From Raillietiella orientalis (taxonomy: Eukaryota), in assembly GCA_036172245.1 (NCBI GenBank), contig JAYWIR010000005.1:4960001-5024000 (forward strand): a stretch of DNA of 64,000 nt, read 5' to 3'. The position numbers and the translations under genes were made by a program. Numbering within the stretch: the stretch's first letter is position 1; every line of letters starts with the position of its first letter. Positions 11,801 to 23,900 of this stretch are shown here, in pieces. The notes below the pieces were generated by a model, which saw only the letters and a list, made by a program, of their open reading frames with translations, was not told the DNA's origin and ran no database searches.

Positions 11801-14800
11801 TCCAGTCCCTAGACTTTTGCAAGATAGCAGCAGAAGACACAGGAAGACACTTGGGAAATGCTGATCTGTTTATTTCTTTGCATGCTTACGCTGACTGACT
11901 GATAACTATACAGACGTCGTCTCAGTAGTCGATGCATGTACAAAAAGACAAACGGTTCTGGAACCATCTTCTGAACGGAAGGATCTTCGTGAACCTCGGG
12001 GAAGACGAATTTGGGCGAATTTCGTTTCGATTGGAACATTCCTTAGAATACATCTTTAACGTATTTCGGGTGTGGCTCTGACGTGCTTCGAAGAAGCTGA
12101 GTCCTTATAAGAAGAGCACGAAGCGAAGAAAAGCAAAGATTCCCTGCGAGTTGAATAGCCCTCTAGTAGTCAGAGATGATGAAACTTCATCTGCATGCAG
12201 GTGCGCGAGTGCCTGGCAACGAAATTTCTCCTCCTTAGCTCGAGTTTTCTGCTTGCCCCGTTTCTCAAGTGTTCCTCTAAACTTTGCAGCAAACAGTTGC
12301 AAACGTTCAATAATTGTTTTAAGATGCAGCGTGAAATCCCATCCGTTCCTCTGAAGAGTCCAGAACAAGGGCTTTGTAATGCAAGTGCACCAGATGAATA
12401 TTTACGTGAGCTCTGCTGACTCGAAATTGAGTGGAACAGTGCGATATTCATGAGTGGCTAGGAGATACGGAAATTTTGCCTCGCTGACTTCCGTAAAAGC
12501 ATTCATACGATCTCCACTTCAGAGATAAGCTAATGAGACCGTATCTTCACAGTTTATTAGCAGAACTTTAAACTGCTGCCCAAATTAGGGTTCGCCGGAT
12601 TCCTGAACAGTTGTGTTCCAGAACACAACCAATTCCAGAAGAGCCAGTTCCGATCCTATCGATGCTGAAGGTTCGAGCTTTGAATTGGAGCGATTTTCAC
12701 GGAATCCTTGTCCGCCGAATGTTCTTGTGATGAGGTTCACGGTGGTTCTCACGAGATGAGAGCTTTCAGGTTGAGACTGCTCTTCATTGGCTCTTCATCT
12801 GAGCCGTAGTCAGTAAGATCCCATGTTTAATGACTTCTACATACATGCGTTTCGATGTTCTTCCGAACTGCCATCACGTGGCAACTGTTTTCATGAGATC
12901 CCACTAAAATTTTGGGTGCTACATAAGAGATGGGCAAAAGTATTTCGCAATCTTTTCAGACAGATGGATTCACCTCCTCGACAGATGAACTGCTGAAGAG
13001 GTCTATCCGAATCAGATGTTTCATTGCTTTCGATGCGAAACGATGGGGAAGATGCGAAGAAAGAACGCATCTCTTCCGCATGGAATGCCAAGTGGAAGAT
13101 ATGCATTCGTAGCTTTTTTGCACTTCGATTTCGCTTTTCGACAGGGGCTTTTGAAAGTCGAAGGCGTGTTCATGAAACACGCCTCCGAGTTTGCCGTAGG
13201 GCATCCCCATTCACTGTTCGCCTTTATTTTATCGACCGTGCCACGTTCTCACGTCTACCCACAAGGCACATTTGTTCTATGTCGTTTGCGTTCATGTAGG
13301 CTTCCTTCGGAGACGCAGTTTCCCTTTCGAGAGAGAGGGATCTCCTTCGACTGCGCTTCGACTTCCACCGTGTTCACGAGGTTCAGTTCGAAAACCGGAA
13401 ATCTGCAGGACTCCAAAAACAGGCGATCCCGTTTCCCCGAAACACCAGTTCCATGGTAATGCTTTTCTTAAGCGCCCTTGCTCCTTCAAACCGGATGACC
13501 CACGGCCACCTCACCTGTTTCATCCATCAGCTGACTTGGTCGCGATCGATCGCACGGCGCCGTGGTAGAGGAATGCAGGTCTTGTCCCAGTGTTCGCGTT
13601 CCTTCCCTCTGTTTGGTCTCATGGCTATGATGCCGAGTTACGTTTATGATGGTTTTATGCCGAGGAGCAGGAGGGAGATTGGTAACTAATCCTTCGTGGC
13701 AACGCGCAGTGTCAATACTATTATGCCGTGAGGGTTCACTCTAATTAGAACGCAATCACCAACTTCACTCTCATGAACGTCGAAATGGTTCCATTTTTAT
13801 TTCATGTTTCCATAGAAATTGTTTTACAAACATCAACGAAATGAAGATATGCTTGATGATCTGTTCTGTTTTTTTATTGTTTGTTTTCATCATATTACCC
13901 ATTTCATTGGGATGTATAATTCATCGTACTTTTTCCCGAGAGCAAGCGACTGTGTGATCCTTCCCTGCACGGGATTTCTTCCGCCATGGATTCCGTGTTG
14001 CAAGGTCACAGTTTTCTGGAAGTGCACCACGTGTTTTGTTATTTATAAGGTTTGGTTAAGAGCTCAGACGCTGAGTTTCCACTCTGTTCTTGAGTCTTCC
14101 CAAGCAAGTTTGTCTGTACCAAATGATCTGCCTGAGCTCTTACGTTGAACTCTTTCGCACGCCTACGAAATCCATTTGTACTTTACGTAAAAACGGGAGT
14201 CCATGAACGCATCTTGGACGTGACCTGTAATTCCCACGTTAGCACATTAGTGGCCATCATGTATTGGTGAACGCATGAATTCCTCAAAGTGCTGTGTTGA
14301 AAGAAAATATGTCGAAGGTGTTCTGCGAGTTTTTTTTTCCCTTTAGATATTTGCAGAGGCGTTCCTATACCTCGATTCCCATAAAAAAAGAATCTTAAGC
14401 GTAATCATCGGTGAAGCCATTCCTGATCTCGGGAAAGGTGCAGTTCCTCATGGCGCACTTTATTTTGCTCATTCGATGTAGATACGAGTACGTCTCATTC
14501 TACTGCTAACGCGTTACCATGTCAACTAAGGATGCGCAAATGCTATGCCAATCATGTCAGCTCAAAAAAAAATGCCAGCAGTCATGTGTACCCAGGCTAC
14601 GAATGGTGACGATGTAAGCAGTAAGCTGACCCTGAAACCCATCATGTTCATATGTGACTGACCCCATATTCGCAAAAAGACACCATCTTGCAAATTGCAA
14701 ACTCAGCAGGGTCATGGAAACAGGCTCATTGCTGCTGCTATTGGTAAGAAGGTTCAAAGGAATACAAAGTGCTCTGACCCGATATCAAGCAGTTAACTGT

Positions 14801-17014
14801 ATTGCCGTATTAACGGTATGTCCTTAGCAGCACCCTTCTGTTTCTTTTGTATTCTTTGTACCTGGAACGAATACGGATCCCCTTTCGAGAAGTCCCGGAT
14901 GGGATAACGGGAATCCTTGCTTTGCAGAGCTTCTTAGCGCAGTCGGCTGGTTCAAACGGCAAACTCCAATCTTTCGCTCTTCCCTCGGAATTTTTTCGCA
15001 CTTCCCACCTTTCCCTTTCTTTAAGGAGCTCCGGGAATAAGTTTCAGGAAGGCGAGCCATCTGTTGATGTGTATCTTCGAATTCTTTTTTCAAACTTATG
15101 TACTTCTGTTTATATTTGTGATGTGAAGAAGAGCATAAACATTTGAGACGTAAAGAAGATCGAAAAGAGCCAAGATTGGTGTTTCCTTTTAGAATGATCC
15201 TTCTGCACTTGCGAAATGGAAGGATCGGTGATCCATTACTCTAACTGAATAGTTTCCGGGAAAGTTCGAGGTTTCGGTGGAGATTGACAGCTGGGTTTCT
15301 GTTTACCAGGAAAATTTTGCCGACGATTAGGTTTTTGGAAACAAGCACTATTTTTTTTTTTGTTCTTCTTCCTTTCCTTTCTCTCTCCCCCCCCCCTTCA
15401 GTTTCGTGCAGTACGAGTTTTCATGGTTTCGGTAGTTTTAAGTCTGTGAAAGTTTCTCTTTCAAGCGCTTCCTTTGTCAAAGGACTTTCCCATCTCACTT
15501 GCAATTGATGGGTGAAGTATGGCTTTCCTCCTCTCGGTCTGGAAGATGATATTACTGACCCGTTCGTTACCTGGAAGGAGATGCACCATCTCTCCCAGAG
15601 ACAAGGAATCCGCGAGCATGTCGGGACTCCTCGTTCTACCACTTTGATTTGGGAGACCTGAACGCTCGATTGGAATGCTCCATCCACAGAGTGGATCCAT
15701 GACGACGCATCATGGTCTATCGAATCGTGGCAGAATAGGGCTTCAGCTTTTACTAGCATCACAAATGCCCGGTTCTAAACGTGTACCAAGAGTACCTTCA
15801 TTGCTTCGTAGCTTTTATTAGAGCACACGCATCGTACGAGGAAAGGCTTCCACAGTGTTTGGCTCTTGTGGCTCCCACAGAAAATCATGGCTTCCTCGGT
15901 TGTCAGCTAATCGCAAGCACTCCCCTTCATTTATTCTTTAATAGTTCTTGATAAAGTGGGCGTATTCCCCACGTTCATCAAGACTTACCGTTTTATAGAA
16001 TATCATGTGGTCATTATTACATATTTATGATACACGTAAATCTAAGCGTGTCTGAATTTCTCCATCCAATATATGATTATATATGACATATGTAAAAGGC
16101 TCCTGTCAAATAGACTTTGATGATTTGATGATGGTGATCGTTTGTTGATTAGAAATGCATGCGCTTGTGATACAGGACAGTTTGGCATCAATCTTTAATT
16201 TAATTTAATCAAGTCGTATAATTTGATGCATGGATAATACACAATATGAAATAGTATTTAAAATTACGTCTAAAGTGTCCGTTGCTAATCCTTAATTGGA
16301 ACTCATCACACACGCGATATGTGTGTGGCAACACCGTTCACTCGAAAGTAGGTGATGGGATCAAAGTGGGTTTGCTTTGGGCTTGCTCTTTTCCATTTTT
16401 GCAGTACGACATCTATTTTTTTTAAAAAAATTCGATTTTAAAGGCCTTTTTTGAAAATTAATAATTCAACTGATTTCTCTCTGCACCACAAGCACCATCG
16501 AGGAAGAGTGCGGGCCTACGTTCAATCATTGGTCCGTTCAGCAAAGCAAAGTGATAAGATTAATGGGGGGGATGAATTCCGATCGTGTACAAACTCTTAG
16601 TCTGTGTTAACTCTTATGATGCCATTACACTTTTCAAATACCACTTCTCGTTTCCTGCTCCTTCGTTTTCGAAGTTTCCGGTCACATTGGTTCTTTGAGA
16701 GATCGAGATCGAGATCCGTCGCGTTCAATCTTTCAGAGAAAATTGCTCCGTGTCGAAAAAGTGCGAGTGGGCTCGATAGTGAAAAACCTTCAAGTGTTCA
16801 TGATTGCACAACTTTTTGAGTTGCTAGGAGACTTGTTCACGATGTGCCTAGCGACTCGATCCGAGTCGAGAATGGCGGAGCGATCAGTTTATACTTTGGA
16901 AAAAATGCTAGGAAGATTGAAAGTAGAAAGAAAAATCAAGCGCGGGGGTGAGGGCGAGGGGGGGAGGGAACGAACAGGGCTAAGCTGCAAGGGCTGATGG
17001 AAGAGCGATTCCCC

Positions 17015-17258
17015 CCTCGAGCTCGTGTACCTGGTCACAGCCTCCGTGCCTTCTCAGACGGCGTAACTTCACGAAGCTGCTCCTAAGCGACACGGCATTG
17101 CTCTTGAAACCTTCGTCCGAATGCATTCGCTTCAAGACCTTGTAGATGGCACAGATCTCCTTCCTCTTCCGCCTTTTGTTTTTCTTGTCTCCTTCCTCGA
17201 TGTTCTTCTGAGTCTTGACTTACTTCGCTGCCTCCCCTCTACCAAACTTTGGAGCCAT
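17015..17258 (-). pseudogene. H2B: Histone H2B pseudogene with in-frame stops and an internal deletion
   Basis: Minus strand reads [62 protein letters not shown], then after a frameshift [16 protein letters not shown]. These match H2B [35 protein letters not shown] and HAVSEGTKAVTKYTSSK. Confidence 0.9.
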
Positions 17259-19497
17259 CACGGATTCGCGCAGCAATACAAATTCGCTGCGTCCTTCTTG
17301 AAATCCCGCCTGCACCCCCGCTTGTCTTCTACTACTCTGTCTGACTCCTTTTGTTCTGGTGGGTTCTCTGAACATCCTGCATTATGAAGAGAAAGAAGCT
17401 GACGGCTCGAGTCAAATTCATTTTGCCAGGGAAGAAGATTCTTCTCAATTTGATACCGAATCATCTCACTCACTTCATTTTCCGGCTTGTTCTGATGGAG
17501 TTATCGAGGAGGTGATCGAATACTTCTCGCATCCCAAAGCGAGAGTTTCCGGCACGCTTCCGGATTCTAAAGTTCGCCCCGCGAATCAATCACATCACCC
17601 ACATTAGCTGCTTCAGTTCCCAGGAACAGGTTGACCGACATGGGTTTTGGTTTCTGATTATCATATTTCTTTCATCCCGGGTGTCCCGTTGCAATTTTGC
17701 TGTTAGATGGAGGAGACAGAATTGCAAGCAGTTCCCTTTTTTTTTTTTTTTCTGTTGTTGTTGTCTTTTCCTTCTCTTTTCAATATCTCGAATAAAGGGA
17801 AGACTTGGTTAGGAAAAGCATGGATGCATGGAAACAGAACTGCTTCCCCTAGGAGGCATTCTGGAATCTCGCTCAAGCTTCCTGAAAAATACCCAGCATC
17901 TCCTCATATAGGACACAATATGAAACTGTTGTGAATATCTTTAACCTCTTATTCTGCACATGCCGAGCAACCAGATTCAGCAAGAGAGGTGTTGCCATGT
18001 TAATAACCTTTGATTCGGTAGAAATCCTGTTCAACAAAATACGCCGTGCGTTCTTTCCGTTGCTCCCTCAGCATCCATAGTATCCACACTATAGCAGGAA
18101 GGTGATGCGTCATTTCTGCTCTCATTTGCATTTCTCTCAATTTTTAGAAGACCAGTAGTGTATCGTTATCAACGATTAATCTTGTTCTATTTTTCAAAAG
18201 CTTACGCCACTGAAACGCATGATTATTATTTCTTTTAAGCGAAATGGAGCCATCCACCGATTTTTGAGAAAATAGACCTGACGTTTGTCGGATCAATGTA
18301 TCCTCCGTAGAAAGTACGAAATGCAAGTCTCGTGACCTTCATCTCGATGATAGCCGTCTTGAAGTTCGCTCGTTGATTGTTCCGCTGCATCTCTTGAAAC
18401 GCTCTGCTCCGTTCCACGGAGACACCTACCTCATTTACTATTCTCTCCAGTCGAGGATGGCGTGCTTTTTGAATGAAAAACACGCATCATCTAGGGAAGG
18501 ATTATTGATGACATTGACGCTTCCTTGCAAGCAGAAATGGGGAGAACGTATGGATTTCGGAAAGCCGAGTCGTGAAACGGAACTCCAATTGAACCACAAT
18601 CTGCTCCGTGCTTCGTGGTGGCACACTCCGGGTGTGCAACAGGAAGACACGGAGCGTGGCCGATTGAGAAGGCAGGAATATCCCATTGAAACTACTTTCA
18701 GCACACGAATTTCATCATCAAATAAGAAAAAGATAGCAGGCGCAGTCGGATGAGATCCATTTGATGCATATTTTGCTTTAGCTCGTTCCCGCTGGTTTTT
18801 CTGGTACTTAGTGAAGCCATCCTCTTGGGTATGGACTTTGCGAACGTGTGAGATTGGCTGCATGCCAAGCTCAAACATTTGCAGAGCTATGCAAGCAAAC
18901 CTATCATTTGAGTTCGGCAAGGCAGGCTTTTCGGTTTTCTAACGAATAGGTTGAAGGCACTTTTCCCAGCATTTATTTAAGCGGACCTATTTATACACAC
19001 CTTTTTTTTTTTGTTGTTCGAACTCTGATGATCTCTTGATTCTCGCCAATACAATTCTTCCATTCAGGAAAATAAAGTAATCTATGTATTTCCATCGATT
19101 GAAAGAACTACTAAGACGCCAACACACCGCTTTTCGGATGCCTTGAAGCTTTGCAAGGCATCTACGCTTCCTGATGGTTTCCTTTCCGAGAGGTCAACGC
19201 GGAAAAAAAAAGAAAAAAAACCCTTCGGAAGTCACTTCCCAGTTTGGAATTTCGTGTTCAACACCGATTGCTTACAGACAAATTTCTAATCTATTTAAAA
19301 GAAAACGCTAAGGACAAACAGACTTAGACGACCACACGAATGACTCTCATGGAGGAAAAGTCCCACACCCCCCACTGGGGAACTCACCTGTAAATTGAAC
19401 TCCCCTGTGCACGAATATGCGATCGACCATTTGAAAAAAAAAAGAAAAAGAAAGAAGAACTCTTGAATCTGTGGAATCTTTGATGATGCGAGCTCAC

Positions 19498-19643
19498 AGA
19501 CCATCAGCAAAGTAACTTGTTGACTCTTCACAAGGAACCAGCTGTACCGGTGATGTTCCTTGATCATCGTATTTGCTGGAGGCACATAAAAAGAGGTTTA
19601 GGTAGGGCGTGTTTGAGAGCTCATAAGAACCGGCACTTTCCAT
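19498..19643 (-). CDS. Candidate coding exon of an unidentified minus-strand gene
   Basis: Open frame MESAGSYELSNTPYLNLFLCASSKYDDQGTSPVQLVPCEESTSYFADG ends at a GTGAGC donor. A 93-nt GT-AG intron with a long pyrimidine tract follows, then a 17-nt segment (19388-19404) ending in CAG|GTGAGT. No homology recognised. Confidence 0.25.
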
Positions 19644-20049
19644 CTAATCATTTCCGAGAGATTTATCGCTGTTTATAGAGAAAAAAAAAAAAAAAAATCA
19701 AACACAAGAGTTGCTACAAATGGACCAACGGAATTTTAGTTGGTTTTCTTTAAAAAAAAAATCGGAAACTGACAGAGGAGTTGAATCAGATGTGCGTGAG
19801 GATATGCGCATGGTGCAGCAAAAAAAGCACATGCATGAATCCAACGCATAGCGAACACGACGCAGGCAATTCATTGAAAGACTCTTCGTGGAATGCGTTT
19901 CTGGCATCATTTCTACACACACGAACTCATGCAGATTTCGTATGAATAGTCTTGTTGTGCTTTGCTCCAAGAGAGATGGCAATCACATGTGTTCGTTCGT
20001 CCTTGTTTCTCCGCATTTTGCACTCTCTTTCTCAGCCTGTCAGGACTTT

Positions 20050-20920
20050 CCTTAGCACGCGCGGAGAGCGTGCTCCGACAAACGCGGCAGCCATGATGCC
20101 TCGGTATAACGCGCGCTGCCACATGCCCACTCCCGATGGTCAAAAACCCTCCCCCACCTCAAAGCTGGTGCAAGCCATTCTCCGTGTGTCTTCATGCGTG
20201 TCAGGTGTCTGTGTTGAGCGGCCTCTTAATCCCCCCCCCCCCCCGTGGTCCGGGGCGGGGCTTGGTGTGAAGACTTCTCTACCTTATAGGAACGGTTTCC
20301 AGGAGGCACGCCTTCCCTTCCTTCCGTTTCCGTTTCTTCGCCTCCTCAGTTTGAGAATGATGCCCACTTCCGACTTCATCCTGATGACTGCAGTTTAACA
20401 GCGAATGCGGCACCGCCTTGGATCTGAATTCTAAGCGTTCCATGCAAATCGGCGTCTCAGAGGATGATGGGTGGGGATCAGGAAAGGCGAACGAAGGGAC
20501 AGGGATCGGAGCGAAGCTCCCCGGAACAGATTGCCACGCCGCCAGTAAGCTTGAGGGACGCGCAGCTCCCTGCTTTCCCTCCGGTCCCTCTTGCCGCGAA
20601 TCTCAACTCCCTCCATCTGCAGTGTTTGAGGGCACTCCAGCCTCAAGGAATCAGCTGCTCTCGACCCAATCTCCCCTCAACTTCATCCTGTACCTTCCTG
20701 GAAAAACACCTATCGGTTCGTGAAGCCGCCTCCTTGCCTATCGGCCGTCCGTTGCGCTCTTCCGGGAACGGAAAGTCCCGCCCGCGTGGTGCGTTCTCCG
20801 CGTTAAGCGACGGCGTGCGAGTTTACTCGGATTTCTGCTGCTCGCTCGAGCTCGAAACGAGCCCGCGCGCCTTCCGCGCGTTTCCCGCGAGCCCGCGGTC
20901 CCATCCTTCAGGATGCGCCG
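20050..20920. promoter_or_regulatory. CpG-rich putative promoter region
   Basis: Dense CGCG motifs at 20740-20900, GC box ggggcggggc at 20252-20261 and E2F-like tttcccgcg at 20881-20889. Lies upstream of KCNQ and of candidate minus-strand exons. No transcript evidence. Confidence 0.35.
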
Positions 20921-23900
20921 ATTGATAGGGCACTTTGTTCGGGAGCCACTACCCGGACTGTTACTGTTCTTCCAACAGGTTTTTCAGCGGAGGGGAGCAT
21001 CCCTGCATTCATCATCCGGATCCCCCAATCGTTGGGAACAGGCTGTCCCCTTTCCGTCTCTGGCTTCTGCAGACGATTCCTCGAAATCGATCCGCACCTC
21101 TGTAGGAAAGCCAGTGTCGCGTCTCCAGGGTCGGCCACACTCTAAAATGCAAAAAGTCGGTACACAGGGGCAGAGGATTTTTTCTTTGTATGTGTGTTTT
21201 TTTTCTTTTTTTCTCTGGGACCTGTGTCATCTGAGCATCGGAAAGATCTTAGGTTCGAAAGCCGCCCTGCATTCCTTCCCTTCCGCGTCCGATTCCCGAC
21301 TCATGGAACACGTGTTTGGCCGCGTAACCACACCAGCATTGCTCACACCGCACGCAGACACACCACTGGAGAGGAATGACCTTCTAGATCATGCGCGACG
21401 ATGTCCCCGGCTGAGTAACTTCCGCATGGCTGCGCATCTTCTGAGAGCAGCAAGGGCACCACGCTCCGGAAAGGCTGTGATCGAGACGTGGTCCTGTCAA
21501 AGCGAGCCGCATCTTCCGAGAGTTCACGCCTTCTGAAAAGATTCATCAAAAACTCGAGGAGAACCCGCAGTTTTTTTTTTTTTTGAAGGGGGGGGGGGGC
21601 GCTCCCTTTTCCCGTAATCATTTGAGGGTGGTATCAAGCAAATTCTGGCGAACCAGGATTTCTATTTTCGTCCGATTCCTGCGCAGCCTTCGCGCGTCCC
21701 GGCTTCCTGCCTGGTCGTGGAGGGGTGCAGCCAGTTGTCGCTCGTCGCAGCTCCGCACCTGAGAAAAATCTCCTAGGTGCGGAAAAAACAAAATCTGCCG
21801 GTTGGCTGGATTGATCTTCCCTCGAGGCCTCGCGCTTTTCCGGAAGGAGTTGCACACGAGACTACTTTCACTCTTCCTCCAGGATGGACCTCGCCCATAA
21901 TGGAACAGCTTTGTTAAATAGTAACAAGCTGCCCCCTTGATAACGATTCCATAGTAAGATTTATCGTGCACCACAGCTTTCCGACTGCTTCTCCTTGTCG
22001 GTATCCGACCTGTCCTCTGCGGCTTGCGCTGGAAGGAGGGATGAGTCGGGACGCGAGCTGTGGAAGAAGACGCTCTGGATCATTTCTGCGGGGAAATGGT
22101 TCCCCAGGCAAACCTGAGTCAGAAAGAGTGGAGGGAGGTGGTCGCTTCCCGATCCGGAAGCGCCTCATTAAATGATTGCTTGGCCGAAAATTTCCCGGTT
22201 CGCGCAACCCACCATTAAGGCGCTTTTGAGAAGAGAGGGGGGAGAGGAGGTGTCCAGGTTACCCGTAAATCCTCGCATTCCGGACGGGATCCGCTGGCAA
22301 GCAAACCAAACGTCCCCGAAGCGACGCTCCTGTTGAGAAACGATCGCTCCGGAAAGCGCGCGCTTTCTGGCTCAGAACCTTCGTCCTTCGAGCTGCTCTA
22401 ACCAGACCGCCTCCTGTGGGAGTTTGATTTTGTCTGGAATGGGGAGCACCGAATGCGACAAAGGCAAGCTGAAGAAGAAAAAAGAGAGAGGAGAGGAGGG
22501 GAAATGTGAGGAATTCCTGGACAGAGCCTGGGAACTGGACACCTCTTGGCCAAGTGGCAGGGCAAAGCTGCCCTTCTTGAAAGTAGGAAACGCTGCAGCT
22601 GGGGGAGAGATGGCTCATCCCTTGGATTCGGGAATGAGGAACCGTCTGGAATCTAAGCTGAGATGCCCTCCAAATGTGTTTCGCCCTGAGCGATTCCGTC
22701 GTCCTCGAGAAGGGAAAAAAAAAAAAATCTCTCTGTTGGTTTTCTTCTTGAGGACCTTGGAGGGTTTCACCCTTCTATCCATTCTCCTTTGGCCCAACGG
22801 GATCGGGGGTCTGGGGGTATTTTTTTTCTTCGCTCTACGAGGAGAGAGTGCGCGAGAGGCAAGCAGCCACCCCGCGTCGAGGTCATCAGCACGGCAGCGC
22901 CGGTTCTCCCGGCCTTGCAGCAGCAAGGCAGAACGGGTCCACGATTACTTCTCCACCTGCTTTTCGCGGAATCGCGGAGTCCAAGGGAAAGGTAGCGCGC
23001 GCCAGTTGATACGGCAGGAGAGAGGGAGAGAGAAAAAGAAGAAGAAGAAGAAAAAAAAAAAACAGACGGCTGATGCCAAAAGAAAACAAAGGCAAGTTTT
23101 GCAGGAGGTGAGCCTGTCTGCGGCCGGAGAGGTACTAAGACGGATGCTAAGGATCGCGCAGAACAAAAATGCTGCCTTCTTTCCTTCTTCCGCTGCTGCT
23201 CACGTGGTGCGAGCGAAGACACACAGCGGCTTCCTTTTGCTGCACGCACCGGCGTGGCGTTTCTGGAAATTCGCTTTCACGGACAATTTGTCATGCGACA
23301 CCCCGGCGGCGCGAACACCCATGCCAACGTGATTGTTATCCATTTTGCGGGTGCCATCCTTGCCTAAAGGGTCGATGTCACTGCGTGTTCGGAGTGCTTC
23401 CGCTCACCGCTTGAAGCTAAGAAGAGGAGCGTCGATCACTTCGTAGTTTCTCACCGGCCAGAAGGATTTCCTGTGCATCCGCTCCTAGTGCTCTTCCGCG
23501 TGGCACTGCTGTGTTCAAAGGGTGGTGAGACCCATTGCAGAGTGTGATGATGACCTTTAGCGTCTTTGGTGCGTTGGAAAACCTCGAGGAGAGCGTGCCT
23601 TAGGATTTTGGGGAACGGGTCACGTGGTTCGAGAGATTTCGATCCGAGCGAGGTGAGTGGAACCTAAAAATAGGCCAGCAGCTCTTTTATCAGTTTTCAA
23701 GAGTGTCGTGCACCAATTTTCGTGCACCGAAAAAAATAAAATAAAATAAAAAAAGTGCAATAGCATCCTGTAGAGCGCCGGAGTCACAGATTTTGCCCGC
23801 AGCATCAGATCCGTGTCGGTGCATGGGGGCAGAGCTTTCTTTAGCTGGTCCGAGTTCCGCATCCTTTCAAAAGTTGAATCTGCATCCCCCGTTCCGTGTC

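Noticed and set aside
22424..23332. Longest ORF in the track (302 aa) as a stand-alone gene
   Set aside because: Runs through poly-A, poly-T and GAA tracts (KKKKK, FFFF), has no recognisable domain, and lies in GC-rich DNA where stops are rare. At most a part could be a KCNQ first exon.
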